DNA from: Plasmodiophora brassicae
Lineage: Eukaryota
Assembly: GCA_036867785.1 (NCBI GenBank)
Contig: CP145427.1
Span: 248,001-312,000 of the forward strand
Length of the DNA stretch: 64,000 nucleotides
Direction of reading: 5' to 3'
Every line of letters begins with the position of its first letter. Positions within the stretch are counted from its first letter, which is position 1. Made by a program: the position numbers and the translations under genes. Of the stretch, positions 32,991-45,138 are shown in pieces. The notes under the pieces were generated by a model. The model saw only the letters and a program-made list of their open reading frames with translations. It was not told where the DNA came from and ran no database searches.

Positions 32991-34559
32991 TCAGAGCTCG
33001 AGAATGCGCAGCGGGATCGCGCCAGACATGGTGGGGACGTTGGTCAGTTTCTTGTGGATGGCGGCGCCGATGGCAATCAGGACAACGACGGCGCCGGTCA
33101 GGCCCAGTATCAGGTACAGGAGCGTCATCTGCCCTGCGCGTTTCACGGGAGGTCGTGTCTGCCCCTTGATCTTCTTGATTTCCATATCGGCCTTCGCTGA
33201 CAGATGACGGACGTAGCCGTTGACACTGGCGGTGGCGACGGCAGCTAGGCTGGCGCCTTTCATGAACGCTGTCGGCGCGAACGTCTCCTCAACAACGAAG
33301 GGCGGCTTCGTTTTCCCAGCGTGGGAACCCGTGAGGGCGCCGACACCGGTAGCAATGACAACAGGGACGAGCGACGACGTCCATGTGAACTTGGCTTTCT
33401 CGATCTTGCCTTCCGTGTCCTGGATCTGCTTGCTGAGGCTCTCCCTGTCTGCCAAGCACTGTTTGACCGTGCTGTTGATACCTGCCAGAACATGCGCATC
33501 CTCGTTGGCGGTCAGGTCGGCGATTGTAATCTGAAGCTCGCTGATCGTGGCGTTGAGGCTCTGGGACATTACCGACTGCTCTTTAGCGAAGACCTGGCGG
33601 TGGATCACGATTCTCGACGTGTACTTGTCGATCGTCGCCTGGACCTTCTCTACCGTCTGTTGGTGTTTGCGCCTGCTGCTAGTTACGATTTTCTGGAAGT
33701 TGTCGACGAACTTCTGCAACTTGTTCTTTTGGTTGGCGACCTCCTGTTGCACTTCGTTCTCGAGGCGTTCGATACTTTCGCGAATCTGGGACTCCTTGGT
33801 GGATCGCTTCTTGTGTGTCTCTTGGATTTCAGCCCGTTCGTCCTCGATCTCAGTCTCTCGTTGACAATATTCATTGGTCAAGACTTTGAGCATGTTCCGA
33901 CGCGTGTTCTGAAGGATGCCGACGGCCTTGCTAGACATTGCCTTTGTCACTACCTGACTCTCTGGCATGACCACGACGTCCTTCTCGCCGTATACCCACT
34001 GTTTGTGTGGCCCAAACCAAGTAACCCATGGACTGATATCGCACAATTTGAAAACAGCACCTCGAAACCTGTTATATGAATCAAAAATGTGTACCAGGCT
34101 ACCAGTGCACGCAGCAGGTTACGACCTACCCAATTCTCTCAACAGTCGTCAGATGGTTCCGGTCCTGCATCTGGAAGAAGTCCGTACCAATCTGAAACAC
34201 CAATGTTTGAACCCCCAAGACTCTGAAAATGATGGTTTTGGCCCCGTCGCAGCCCTGCAACCTCTCAGGTGAAGGCATGAATACGCCGTCGTCATACACT
34301 AGAGCGGGAAGCGTGCTATTGTGAAGCAATATCGTCAGTCCACCGATTTGCCCGTGTAAATCTGGATCGATACCGACATCTCCACCTCGGCGACCTGTGA
34401 TGAACGGGCGCCTGGCAACTGCTTGCATTTCACATCACTGAGGCGGCACATTCGGCAATTCTTGACCCATTTGTCGAACTTGACAAACTGGCTGGTTGCC
34501 GCCGGCAGGAATTCCGCCAACAACGCGATAGCGAACAGAGCGCATGCACAGAGATGCAT
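32991..34559 (-). CDS. Head-to-head pair 2, left gene
   Basis: Intact paralog of 20936..22497. Confidence 0.75.
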
Positions 34560-34778
34560 GGTGAGCGTCTCCCGGTTGTCGGTTGAACAGTGATCTCTGA
34601 CCGCCCTCTGCGTGGCCTGGTCTAAATCGGATCTGTTTCCAATTTGTCCAAACTCGTGTCTAAATTGGGGACGGGGTGTCTCTCCACCTGTTCCCAATTT
34701 GGCCAAATTCGCCGTTCCCGCCTAAATTCGGGACGGGGTATTTGGAGGCCGATGTACTGAGCTTCCGGATTCATTGTC

Positions 34779-36464
34779 ATGAGAGCGCTGCGCACGATCT
34801 GCCAATTGTGCCTCGCGGCAGCGCTGTTCGTTGCTGCCGTGTCGAAGTACAATACGTTCGACCAATGGAAAGCAGCATGCATGCTGTGCCAGAAGCTGGC
34901 CGACACGAAGTGCACATTCGACGCGGAAGAGGATGGCACTGAGGGAGAACGGCCCTGCTGCTTCAAAGTCAACAAATACGAGTTTGGGTTTGTAAATTGC
35001 AGCCATCTCACTTAGGCATATCAGTCTTAACGTTTCGACAATCATAGTGTCGTTATCATGGACCCGAAGCAGTTGGACCAATTTGGCGAAAACCGATATC
35101 AGGGATGTGGTGGCATCCAGCGATTGACGTTCCATTTCTTTAGAGGGTGGAGCAAACAATACGCAGTGCCCAACATTCCACGTCTTCCGGAGAATCTCTT
35201 CGTCCTCAATGACGACAAGCATTTGCAGGAAATCGAAATCCTTGGGTACGTACACTATATTAACCTTTGGGCAAGCCGAAGTGCTGATGCGCTGATTAGG
35301 GCAACCAATGCAATGGACGATGCAGTGGAGTATGCCCAGACATGGATCGATATTCTTTCTGGTGTTGAGGCGTTCGCCCTCGATCACTTTTGGTTCCAAA
35401 GGGCAAGCCACTTCAACGACCTGTCCGAAACGATCAACAACGCAATGGGTCAGGCGCGTGACATCGATAACTTGAAGAAGGATGAAGCACCGTCAGCAAC
35501 GTTTGCACAAGCGGAACCCCAGATTAGTCAACTTCTGAAGAGACGATTGGAACAGTCCGTTGCTGGCCGGGAGGTTCAAGCAGCCAAAGCCCTTGCCGAG
35601 GCGAGCCTGGACGATGTCTCAATTCAGAACCTGATGGAGCGCCAGAACAATCTACATCGGCAGCTTCATGCGAAAGGCATTGAGAAGCTGATTGCTGAGA
35701 TGTACCCGGAGCTGGCCAACACGTACGCCACGAAGCTCATGGAACACAATGCGACCGAGTCACAGCAACTCGAATTGGAGCAGGGACTGCATGAGAAGGA
35801 AGCCGCGCTGGAGGCCAAGCTGAGCCAATTTGACACGCCCCACAAAGTCAGGTTGCTCAACGACATGTTCAACGCAACGTTGGCATTCCGTGACGAACTC
35901 GAGCGCAAACGCAAGCTGATTGCCGACCGCATCAAGGCAAAGGTTAGCGTATCGGCAAACGCTACGATGCAGACCTGCCGAGCGGACGTGGACGGAATGA
36001 GAATTCAATTGGACAACCTGAAGGTAAAGCTGACCGATCAGACGAGGGGCACCAGGCTACGATATGGGGTTACGTCTCTGGCCGCCGTGGCTGGCGCGGC
36101 TGGCACTTCAGCGTTAGCTTATGCACGCGCACCCACGAAGACGGTTACCGCGCTGCCATCAGGCGGTTCGCAGTTGAAAGCGGCAGCCATGGGCCTGGTC
36201 GCTGGAGCTATCACCGCTCAAAGCGGCTTAGCTGTACAGCATCGCATTGTCAAGAGCGCCACGAAATCGAAGCGGGGCATCCAGGGGCCCGTGTCCAAAC
36301 CGACGCAACCTCCCGCCTCCAACCGGCTCCTGTTTGTCATGGTCGCCTGCGCCATCGTCGTCCTCCTCTCCATCATTGTCGCATCGTTCGTCACGAAACG
36401 CAACGGCAAAGTCGCCCAGAAGATTACCCCAGTCGTGAACCCAGTCAAGACCGATTTTGAATGA
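34779..36464 (+). CDS. Head-to-head pair 2, right gene
   Basis: Intact paralog of 22717..24402. Confidence 0.8.
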
Positions 36465-36847
36465 TTTGTTTCTCCGTTTCAATACACGTCTCTACCTTCC
36501 AGCACGAATGCGCCGGTGTCGGCTCAGATGTCCAGCGTTACGCCCGGAACACGTACGAGCGGCGTGCGTACTGGTAACGGTTACGTACCGGCAGTGGCTT
36601 GGCATGGTGACAACAGTAAACCGTCCGCCGACACCGACCTCAGTCGGTTATTCCGTGTTCTGGAGACGATCGCATCGTCTGGTTTCATGTCGCATTGTTC
36701 CGTCTCCGAACATCCAGCCCGCTGCCGACGTCGTCGTCATGCCGCTCGGCTCTACTCACACCAACCGGCCATCCAGCACGGACGTCGACCGCCCCGGGGC
36801 CCTGGTCGGATCGCACCACTGCGGTTCTATGACGCTTCGTGCAATGC

Positions 36848-37045
36848 TTAATTTAGCAGTGGTACCATCGCCTGGACCCGTCCAAGGTCGCCGTCGCGGA
36901 TCGCCGCGAAGAACTGGTCGATTGCACCCGACGCCACGAGAGCGAACAGCATCGCCTGCGCCACGATGAGAAGCGCGCTGGTGGACAGCATTGCTCCAAG
37001 CAGCAGCAGCAGCACTATCGACGACACGAGGTCCGTTCTGGGCAT
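36848..37045 (-). pseudogene. Truncated 5' fragment of the ankyrin gene
   Basis: Signal peptide plus IDQFFAAIRDGDLGRVQA, then the deletion junction and a stop. Confidence 0.8.
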
Positions 37046-37225
37046 GCGATGCCAACGCCACAAATAGCGCACGACCAACCTGGTGGACCCTCTCTCCCTA
37101 ATTTCGGGAAACGGCCGGACAGGGCTGGTGCCACCCGTGCGCCGCCCGTTTGGCAAGATGAGCGCAGCGGGACGCTTCTGAACGTGCCTATCCATACGAA
37201 GATGTGTTAACTTGACGTCCCTGTA

Positions 37226-38017
37226 TTAGGGAAGCGGGTAACTGTTGATGCCGAACGTGTCGCGCAGGACGGCAGGCAGGTCGTGACGGTACGCCTTGAT
37301 CGCGTCTGACATCGTCTTCGCGCGGACGACGCGCATCGGGACATCGCCGTCCGCCTTGACGATCGCGGGGCGAATGCGAGTAATCATGCTGCAGGTGCGG
37401 TCTACCACGAGTTCGGTCAGAGCGCGACAATGCTGCGAGTGCCGTTACTGGTCACTACCAGTGATAGTCGTGATGTCGAGGCGCGTCTCGACAATGGCGT
37501 CGAAGCTGGCGGCGCCTGACACGCTCAGGAACGTACGGACCTCGTACGTCGCGTGCGAATCGCCATCGTAACTGGATCTGGTGCACAGAGCGTTAGACCA
37601 AGAAGCGTGCTCCAAGACGGCCAGCGCGCCTACGAATGTTCGGCGGTGTAGATGGCCATGCCTTGCGCAGGGACAGGTTGGCGCCCGACGAGCACCTTGC
37701 GGGTCGACCGTTCCGATACGGGCGGTTCCGCGTGCGACGTCGTTGTTGTCGGCACGCTCGTGTTGTCCATCCGATGCCCAGCGGTGAAGAACCGCTTCTC
37801 GACGAGGTCGCTGCGCAGCGCGGCGAGCACGTCGCGGACGCTGCTGGCGATGACGCACCGGGCCACAACCTTCATGTCGCCTTGCGCCGCGTGGCCCCGG
37901 ACGACGACGTTGCCGACGGGAACCCGCTGGCCGACACCTACAATCGAACCCGCGTTAGCCGGTGCGGTTCGGCCAAAGGGCAACGTTGGCGCCCGTACCT
38001 GTGATTGGGGTTGCCAT
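37226..38017 (-). pseudogene. Second copy of the 31709..32500 hypothetical gene, with the same in-frame TAA
   Basis: Near-identical duplicate; TAA at 37445-37447. Confidence 0.3.
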
Positions 38018-38212
38018 GCTGTGTGGCCTGTGGCTGACGTTTCCCAGAGTGCTCGGGTCAGAGGCCTACCTCGACGGCGAGGACCGGAGAACCCCGCCGG
38101 GACGATGTCCCCAGGTGTGACTCAATTCGTGACTCACTGGTACCCTCAGGCGTCGACGAACGGGGGTGAGCGGGGACGATCGGGGCGGGTCGAGCCGACT
38201 TTGTGAAGTGCT

Positions 38213-38938
38213 TTATTTCAGGCGCCTGGCGGCCAGCAGGAACCGTTTCCGATCGCCCATGCGGTCGACGCCCAGCTCGCGAAGGTCGGCGTCGGTCAGG
38301 GCCGGGAGGACGTCCACGGCGACGTTCTCCGCGACGAACCGCTCGTGGAGCCCGCCCAGGTCCAGGCGCGACAGGAACTCATCCAGCGTGCCCGTGTCGA
38401 CGTCGCCGGCGGGCGGGCGTTCCCGATCAGACAGGCGTGCCGCGAGGCGCCCGTGCTGCATGCGCCGGGCCACATCGGCAGGCGTCTCGCCGTACCCGGT
38501 CGTCAGGCTCGCATCGGCCCCGCCAGCAGTCAGCAGCACGTCGCAGACGTCCAGTGCACCTGTCGCGCACGCAAACGATCAGGCGTGGAGACACGCGCGC
38601 CCGCGCCATAGAAACGTACCCTGGGCGGCCGCCCAGTGCAGCGCCGTGTACCCCATCGCGTCCGGCGCGTTCGCGCTGGCGCCGTTCGCCACCAGCCATC
38701 GGCATACGTCCGCGCGCCCTTCGCCCTCCCGTGTCAGTTGGCATATACGGGCGCACACGAACACTCCCCCTGGCAGACCTTTCCTAGCGGCCTCGTGCAG
38801 GCCCGTCGTGCCCGCGTCGCTGCGCACGTCCACGTCGAACAGGCCGGTCGCCAGCGCCGCCGTCACGTCCGCGACGGTGCCGCCGGCGCACGCCTCGAAG
38901 AAGCGCTCCACGGCGCCGGATGCCGACGACGACGTCAT
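38213..38938 (-). CDS. Small ankyrin-repeat plus SAM-domain protein, 3 exons
   Basis: GTTGLHEAA, GYTALHWAA and GETPADVA, then SAM LDEFLSRLDLGGLHERFVAENV...LTDADLRELGVDRMGDRKRFL. Confidence 0.85.
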
Positions 38939-39053
38939 TTATGGGGGCGGCGTCGCCCTGCCAGGGGCCGGATGTCGGCGTTCGCGCGCCGTACATGTCC
39001 ATCCTATGACGGAATGCAGGGCCAGAGCAGCCGGGCAGGCACTCGGTCGTGCG

Positions 39054-39929
39054 ATGACGACGGTCGACGAGCTTCGCGAGATCCGCGACCTGCTCGCCGA
39101 CGAACCGACGAGCGCCGCCGCCCCGCGCCTGGCGGACCGGTCGGTGCCGACGTCGAAGGCGGTGCTCAGCGCGCTCAAGGCGCTGCACGACCGAATCGGC
39201 GAGCTCGAGCAGGAGCGTGCCGCGCAGGAGCAGGCGGTACAGGAAGCGGCCAGGCAGGTCTGCCTGGCGCAGGACGAGCTCGACCGACAGCGCCAGGATT
39301 TCGACCAGCGGATCCGCGTCGTCGAGGAGGAACGCGACGACGCACGCGCCAGCGTGCTCGTCGCCGAGCACAAGATCGACGCACTGATCGCCGAACTGAA
39401 ACTCGTCAAGTCGCTCTCCCGGTCCTCGGCACAGCAGCAGCAGCACCTGCAGCAGCAGCAGCAGCAGCAATCTACGCCGTCGTCGCCGCCAGCACCGACG
39501 CCCGCTCCAATCGTGATCCCGACGGGCGGTCACGAGACCGACCTGCAGGCCACGATACGCTCCCTGCTCAAGGTGAACGAACGACTGACCGCCGAGCGGG
39601 ACGAGGCCGTTGCCAACGCAGCGCGCGTGACGTCGTCTTCATCGCAAACGAACGGGAGACCGTCCACGGGCGGCGCAGATCGCCGCCCTCGCAAGAAGGG
39701 CACTGCCACGAAGCGGGTGACGAACGAACCTACGCTGGTTACGAAGCCGACCATCTCATCGGCAATGAAGACGAACCGTAAGGGGTCGATCAAGAAAGCG
39801 CCTGGCAGGGGCTCTGCCCGCGCCGTCCCAAACGCTGGGCGCATCGGCCAGAAGCTCGCCTGGATCGAGGACCGCCTGAACAGGATCGAACGGCAGTCGA
39901 GGCGTCAGCCGCCGCCCGACTGCAGATAA
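39054..39929 (+). CDS. Coiled-coil protein, Cep57-like N-terminal centrosome-localisation domain
   Basis: SKAVLSALKALHDRIGELEQER resembles the Cep57 motif S.A..SALK.LQ.KI..LE.ER. Long coiled coil and poly-Q. Alternative ATG at 39006. Confidence 0.6.
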   Translation: MTTVDELREIRDLLADEPTSAAAPRLADRSVPTSKAVLSALKALHDRIGELEQERAAQEQAVQEAARQVCLAQDELDRQRQDFDQRIRVVEEERDDARASVLVAEHKIDALIAELKLVKSLSRSSAQQQQHLQQQQQQQSTPSSPPAPTPAPIVIPTGGHETDLQATIRSLLKVNERLTAERDEAVANAARVTSSSSQTNGRPSTGGADRRPRKKGTATKRVTNEPTLVTKPTISSAMKTNRKGSIKKAPGRGSARAVPNAGRIGQKLAWIEDRLNRIERQSRRQPPPDCR

Positions 39930-39960
39930 AGCCAGAAGTGCACACGTGTTTACGGTTGCC

Positions 39961-40215
39961 TCAGGGGCTGAACGCGTTGGTGTCGTTGTCGGTGGGCGCC
40001 CGCACCAGGCGGCCGACCACGCGCGTCAGCCGGTCCACGTTAGCGGCGTGGGGGACGACGACGACGTTCTCGACGCCAATGTTCGCCCCGACCGTCATCG
40101 TCTGGTCCAGGTCCACGCCCAGGTCGACGGTCGTTCGGCCATGGCCCAGCACGGTGACGACGAGGCAGCAGCAGACGGCGAGCGCCAGCAGGAGCGGAAC
40201 GGAGGAGCGGCGCAT
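39961..40215 (-). CDS. Small secreted protein (84 aa)
   Basis: MRRSSVPLLLALAVCCCLVVTVLG signal-like; GC3-biased; fills the gap between two genes. Confidence 0.55.
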   Translation of the reverse strand: MRRSSVPLLLALAVCCCLVVTVLGHGRTTVDLGVDLDQTMTVGANIGVENVVVVPHAANVDRLTRVVGRLVRAPTDNDTNAFSP

Positions 40216-40266
40216 AGCGTTCGACTAGTGGCTCGGAGGGTAACGATATTAACCGTGCTGCGTGTA

Positions 40267-40981
40267 TCATACATTCTGGCGGATGAAGACCTGCTGCCAG
40301 GTGGAGTCCATCGTCGGCGGCGCTTGCGCCTGCTGGCCGACGCGGAACACGTCGAACGAGTCGTCGTTGTCGGAGAGCTCCCACGGGGACGCCATCTCCG
40401 ACAGCGGCGTCATGCGCGGCGCGCTCATCGAACGCGGGATGACGATCCCGGCCGGCATGACCGGGTGCAGGTGGTGAGGCTGGGGCGCGTGCGGCGTCCT
40501 ACCCTGGTGTTGCCGCTGCTGGACGTGCTGTTGCTGGATCACGTTGCTCAGCATGACGGAGCCGGCGTCATCGGACTCGTCGTCGTCGTTGACCTGCGGG
40601 TCGCCGATCGCGCTCAGCGTCTGCTTCGTGCTGGTCGGCAGGCACTTGCCGGATTCCAGCAGGCCGTGATCCATCACGGTGACGACTTCGCGCGAACCGT
40701 GGAACGCCGAGAAGCGCTGCCACGTCTCCTGGACGTCATGGCTGGCGAATTGCGTCCACTTGTCTTTGTTCCGGACCAGCAATATCACCTCGGCATCGCA
40801 CAGCACCGACAGCTCAATCGACTTCTTTAACAGGCCGATCTGTCGGGCAACTTTAGCGCACGCGCGTCACAAGGGACGCGACGGGCGGGGCGCGCCCACC
40901 GACCTTTCGTTTACGGAACGCCGCCGAGCGTTTCTTCCCGGGCGGGATCGTCTCGAGGACGGTCCGCGTTCTACCACCCAT
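40267..40981 (-). CDS. MADS-box transcription factor 3 (paralog of MADS 1)
   Basis: Spliced across an intron at ~40840-40903: MGGRTRTVLETIPPGKKRSAAFRKRK|IGLLKKSIELSVLCDAEVILLV...TQFASHD. Confidence 0.88.
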
Positions 40982-41316
40982 TACCTATTTCGGCGCGGCG
41001 CGGCAGGCGATTCCGGGTATGAGGGGCGACGATCGCGGGCAGTCCCAGGGCGACAGTTTACGGACTTCCCCCGCCGCCCCGGGAGTCGCCTCGAGGTCAC
41101 GCAGCGCACATTTGTCCGCCCCAGTCACGCATGACCGGCAGCTCCAACTGGCCGCGGGACGTTGCCGGAATTAGCAGAGGAAAAACCCCGGATCCCCGAA
41201 TCGAAAATCGGGCGACTGCAACGCGCTGGCGGGGGACCCCGTGATGCGCGTGAACTTGCTCACCTCTACTGCGCCTGTGACGATCATGTGTGGCGCCAAC
41301 CCGTGTACCGTATGCC

Positions 41317-41635
41317 ATGGAGGCGTGCCTGGCGTGGCTGGTCGCGTCCGTCGCCGTGTTGTCCAGAGGTACAGGACAGGCGCTGTTAACAACGAGAAGA
41401 TGCCTAAAATGGCGTAATCGCGTGTGCAGGCGTTGTGGCTGCCGAGCTCGAGGTCGACATGGATTTCGATGCAGTGACGCACATGAGCGCCGTCGCTGTG
41501 TCGCTTATCGCGGCTGGCGCGTTCCTGTTCGGTGCCGTATCAACCTTCGTCATGCTGGCGACGTGTTCGCGTATCCGCGAGTCGTTCAACGTCAGGAACT
41601 TCAAGGCATCCCTGTCACCAACCTACTATCGGTAA
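41317..41635 (+). CDS. Possible small single-pass membrane protein
   Basis: MEACLAWLVASVAVLS signal-like exon, intron ~41369-41429, TM AVAVSLIAAGAFLFGAVSTFVMLA. The 3' end is uncertain. Confidence 0.4.
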
Positions 41636-43282
41636 CGTTTGACGCGACGGACGATGATACACCAACCATATTTACCGACGCAATGGTTGGTTAAGTCATG
41701 CACCCAACTCGACGGGCATCTGTTCGAGATTGCACGTATGCACCCATGTGGAATCGTCCGTATATGACATGAGCAGACGGATGCAAAACCTCTTCCACCA
41801 GGAGCGCACGGATCATTGGGGGGCAGGTGGCGTAGGCAGGGCCCATGCTAGAAGGAGGAGGGGCGGTTGGAGCACTTGCGGGCACTCCAGGAACAGACCA
41901 TCTGTCAGAAACGTTGCGTTACTCGGAACGCAGTCACTGACAGGCGACCACTACTCCGACAACACTGTTGAGGACACAATAGCATAATGCAGATTGAGGA
42001 GAGTACTTTGTTTCGCACGTCAATCTGGATGCCAACGCAGAAGAGCGTCCCCGTGCTCTTTCGTCGTCAAAGTGGGATATGCACGACCGTAATGGAGATG
42101 TCACTTCATGCGCATTGGAACGACGCCCTTCCAGTCAGTGGAACGCCGCTTCGAACCGGCGCACGAACGCGCCAAGTTTGGGCAAATACAAGGACACAAG
42201 CGTTCATATTGGCGTAGCCCGCCACGCTCCCGATCCCCGATAGTCAAACTGGAAGAGCGCCCTTTCAATGCGCATGGAACGACATCTCCATCTTCGTGCA
42301 TGCCCCACTTTGACGTCGACGACGAGAGCAGGGTACGCCGGCATCAATTGCATATTTCGCACACAGGTCCGCCCGTGCAAAGGTAGTCGCAGAAGAAACC
42401 TCAAACCTCTTCTATTTGACGTGCGTTCTTTCGTCGAATGATTTGCTGTGTTCATTGGGAACCGCCCATGCCTGGTTCTTGATGGGACCCCACCTCCGGG
42501 TCAAATCAGGCGATGGATTCGGCGAAATTGCTGCTCGATATCTCGATTCGGTGGATACGCGGTGAACAGTGGGAACGGAATCACGTTCTCCAGCTCGGCA
42601 ACCGAATCAAGATATCAAGCAGCAATTTGATCGATTCCATCGCCGAAATTCAGATAGAATAACGCAAGGCCTAACAACAGCAGGCGATTGCGAAGCCTGT
42701 TGAAGTTGCAGCGCGCAGCCGTTATTGCCTTTCTCGAGGAGCCCATCAAGGTCGGATACGCCGATTCCCTTTCCGGAATACTGTCGGAACTGTGAGGCAA
42801 AGCCGTCAGGGCTATCGACTATATGAGAGCAGTATGTAGACTTACGAGCAGCATTTGTTCGTCGAGATCAGCAATGGTCTGGTGCAATTCACGTTTCAGA
42901 GAATGCGATAGTGACACGCTCGCGGTGCAGGAATTCGGCAAGTGCTGCCTCGTTGCGATAAACGGTGCTGATGTCGGTATTGCCGGGCGGCATGCAGTGC
43001 GCCTGCGCCATCTGGCATTCCGGCATTGGAATCGAAATTGACAGATGCAACACCTGGAGATATACCGGCGACCGTCATGCGGGGAAGCGCGACTGACCCG
43101 ACACCGTCGAGCATGTCACACTTGACGGTGTCGCCGCTACCCTCGCCAAATAGGGACTCCGCGGACAACGAATCGTTGTCGCCGAGCAATTCACCGTCGT
43201 TGCCATGGACGACTTTGCTCCGAACAAATCGCCGACCTCCATTCAAACATCGAAGCGAAGCGCTGTGGTCTTCCGCCGCATC

Positions 43283-44816
43283 TAGTGTTGCGTTTGAAAA
43301 TATTTCTGGGAATATCGAACATTTAAAATGTTTTAAAATGTATTTTAAAACATTATGAATGTTTTTTATTCATGCATGAGCTCCTCCCGGAAAGGCGAAC
43401 TTCAAGGCGGAGAATTCAGAGGCTACCGTGTAATCAAGTCATCTGGGATCGATACACGACACCCTGCCCAATGATTTCCTCGACGTCGTCCACATCGCCT
43501 AAGTACTGGTCGAGAATACAGGACGGGTCTTCAACAATCCGGAACTCATCCTCAGGAACATCACTGGCGTCCTCCAGGTCATCGCCGGTTGCGGGCGGGT
43601 TGCCAGATGATATCCCCTCGGCACATTCAGAGCCGATGTTCGCAATGTGGATAAGGAACGGCTCCTCGCGCCTCTTCTGAAGCACACGTTCAAGCTGCCC
43701 GGCGTTGAAGGCAATGGCAACTTGCCTCTGGCATCTTTCTTCGCCAAGGCGGATTCGTTGCTTGGAATGGACGCGACTGTTGGTCTTGTGGTTCCGTTCA
43801 CCACCAACCGCGCTGCTCGGGTTGGAGTGAACTTGCACGAGGACTCTTGCAAGATGACATAAGTTGGCGTCGTCAACCTGCGCCCAAATCAGCCAGGGCT
43901 TGAAGTGCTTTACGTTCGCAAAGAGAGTCTGCTCCATGCGCATCGCTAAGAAGTACGCGAACTGCTCAGCGAGAATTGCCCTCAACTCATCGTCGTTGCC
44001 TGCAATGCGTTCCAACGCGTCCCGGCACTGAGTGAACAATCCGACCTCTGAGCCGAGGTTTAGGAACTCTTGACCATAACGACGAGCGAGGTTCAGGCGC
44101 ATGTCATAGAACAATGGATCGGTTACGAAGGCAAGGACGTGAACTGAAGAAACAATGGTTTTCAGCCGAACGTGGACGAAATCCAACATCGAAAGACGAT
44201 CGACGCCGAGTCCCTCCAATGTTGAGTCGCTAACTGACTTCAGGTGATGTGCGATAAACAGAAAGCATGCATAAACAGCAGAGAGAGTTGCTTCATCTCC
44301 TTCAAGGTAGCCGATTGACGAGCATAATGGCTTCAGCACCTTTTCAAGAGCACCCGTTCCAGCCCACAACGACGTGTGCGAGTATCGTGTTTTCCAAATC
44401 ATCTTTGACCGTGACGTCTTCGAAGTTCGGGTCATGGCGAGCTGCATGCGGAAGGGTCTTCAAAGCGCCTTGCACAAGCAGCATCCGCTTCAGCATAAAT
44501 TAGCACGACGACCATCTCGACTTGGTGAACAGAAATAAGGAGTAAGTCTTCCCGTTGAACTTTTCACGACAGATGACGTCATACGCCGACCTCAGAAGAT
44601 GCACAGCGTTAACCTTGCTAACGGTGAAGACATTCATCGATAAGACTTTCTTAGGTTTCGGAAGCTTGATCACATCGTTTACAAGGTTATTCAAGGCATG
44701 GGGGGCACAGCCATACGCGAACGAGAACAGGTCAGACTCAAGAAGTTTGCGCCGGAGCGCCCGCATGACGTTAGGCGAATCGGTGCACTTAGTCCACATG
44801 GGTTCGGTTGGAGGCC
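43283..44816 (-). mobile_element. hAT DNA-transposon relic (3' half of transposase, one terminus)
   Basis: TDSPNVM, YGCAPHALN, SRWSS, LKPL....YLEGDEATLS and PSSAVGGERN...HSKQRIRL motifs. Stop at 44500 and a frameshift near 44370. TAGTGTTG candidate TIR at 43283, followed by AT-rich subterminal repeats. Confidence 0.85.
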
Positions 44817-45057
44817 CGATGTGATCAAGCTTCCGAAACCTAAGAAAGTCTTATCGATGAATGTCTTCATCGTTAGCAAGGTTAACGCTGTGCATCTTCT
44901 GAGGTCGGCGTATGACGTCATCTGTCGTGAAAAGTTCAACGGGAAGACTTACTCCTTATTTCTGTTCACCAAGTCGAGATGGTCGTCGTGCTAATTTATG
45001 CTGAAGCGGATGCTGCTTGTGCAAGGCGCTTTGAAGACCCTTCCGCATGCAGCTCGC
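44437..45057. repeat. Fold-back inverted repeat with 241-bp arms and a 139-bp spacer
   Basis: 44437-44677 is the reverse complement of 44817-45057; one mismatch seen (FTV versus FIV codon). Confidence 0.93.
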
Positions 45058-45138
45058 GCGATGCGGCCCGCATCGCCCAATGCTAGCAGAGAAGCAAGCA
45101 CCGTCATTCACGGACTGCGTGGCTGCACCACCGGCGGA

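Larger units (their letters stand above)
32775..38292. repeat. Second copy of a segmental tandem duplication (20705-24801 joined to 31349-32774)
   Basis: Near-identical sequence. Junctions at ~32772-32775 (ankyrin-SAM 3' end to RSP4/6 3' end) and ~36863-36865. Confidence 0.92.

Noticed and set aside
38166-39053. 5' half of the 587-aa ORF
   Set aside because: It is the antisense shadow of the ankyrin-SAM gene; the coding-like part starts at about 39006-39054.
42100-43280. Minus-strand coding-like fragments next to the hAT terminus
   Set aside because: Several stops and frameshifts and no recognisable motif; possibly a decayed gene, but it cannot be called.
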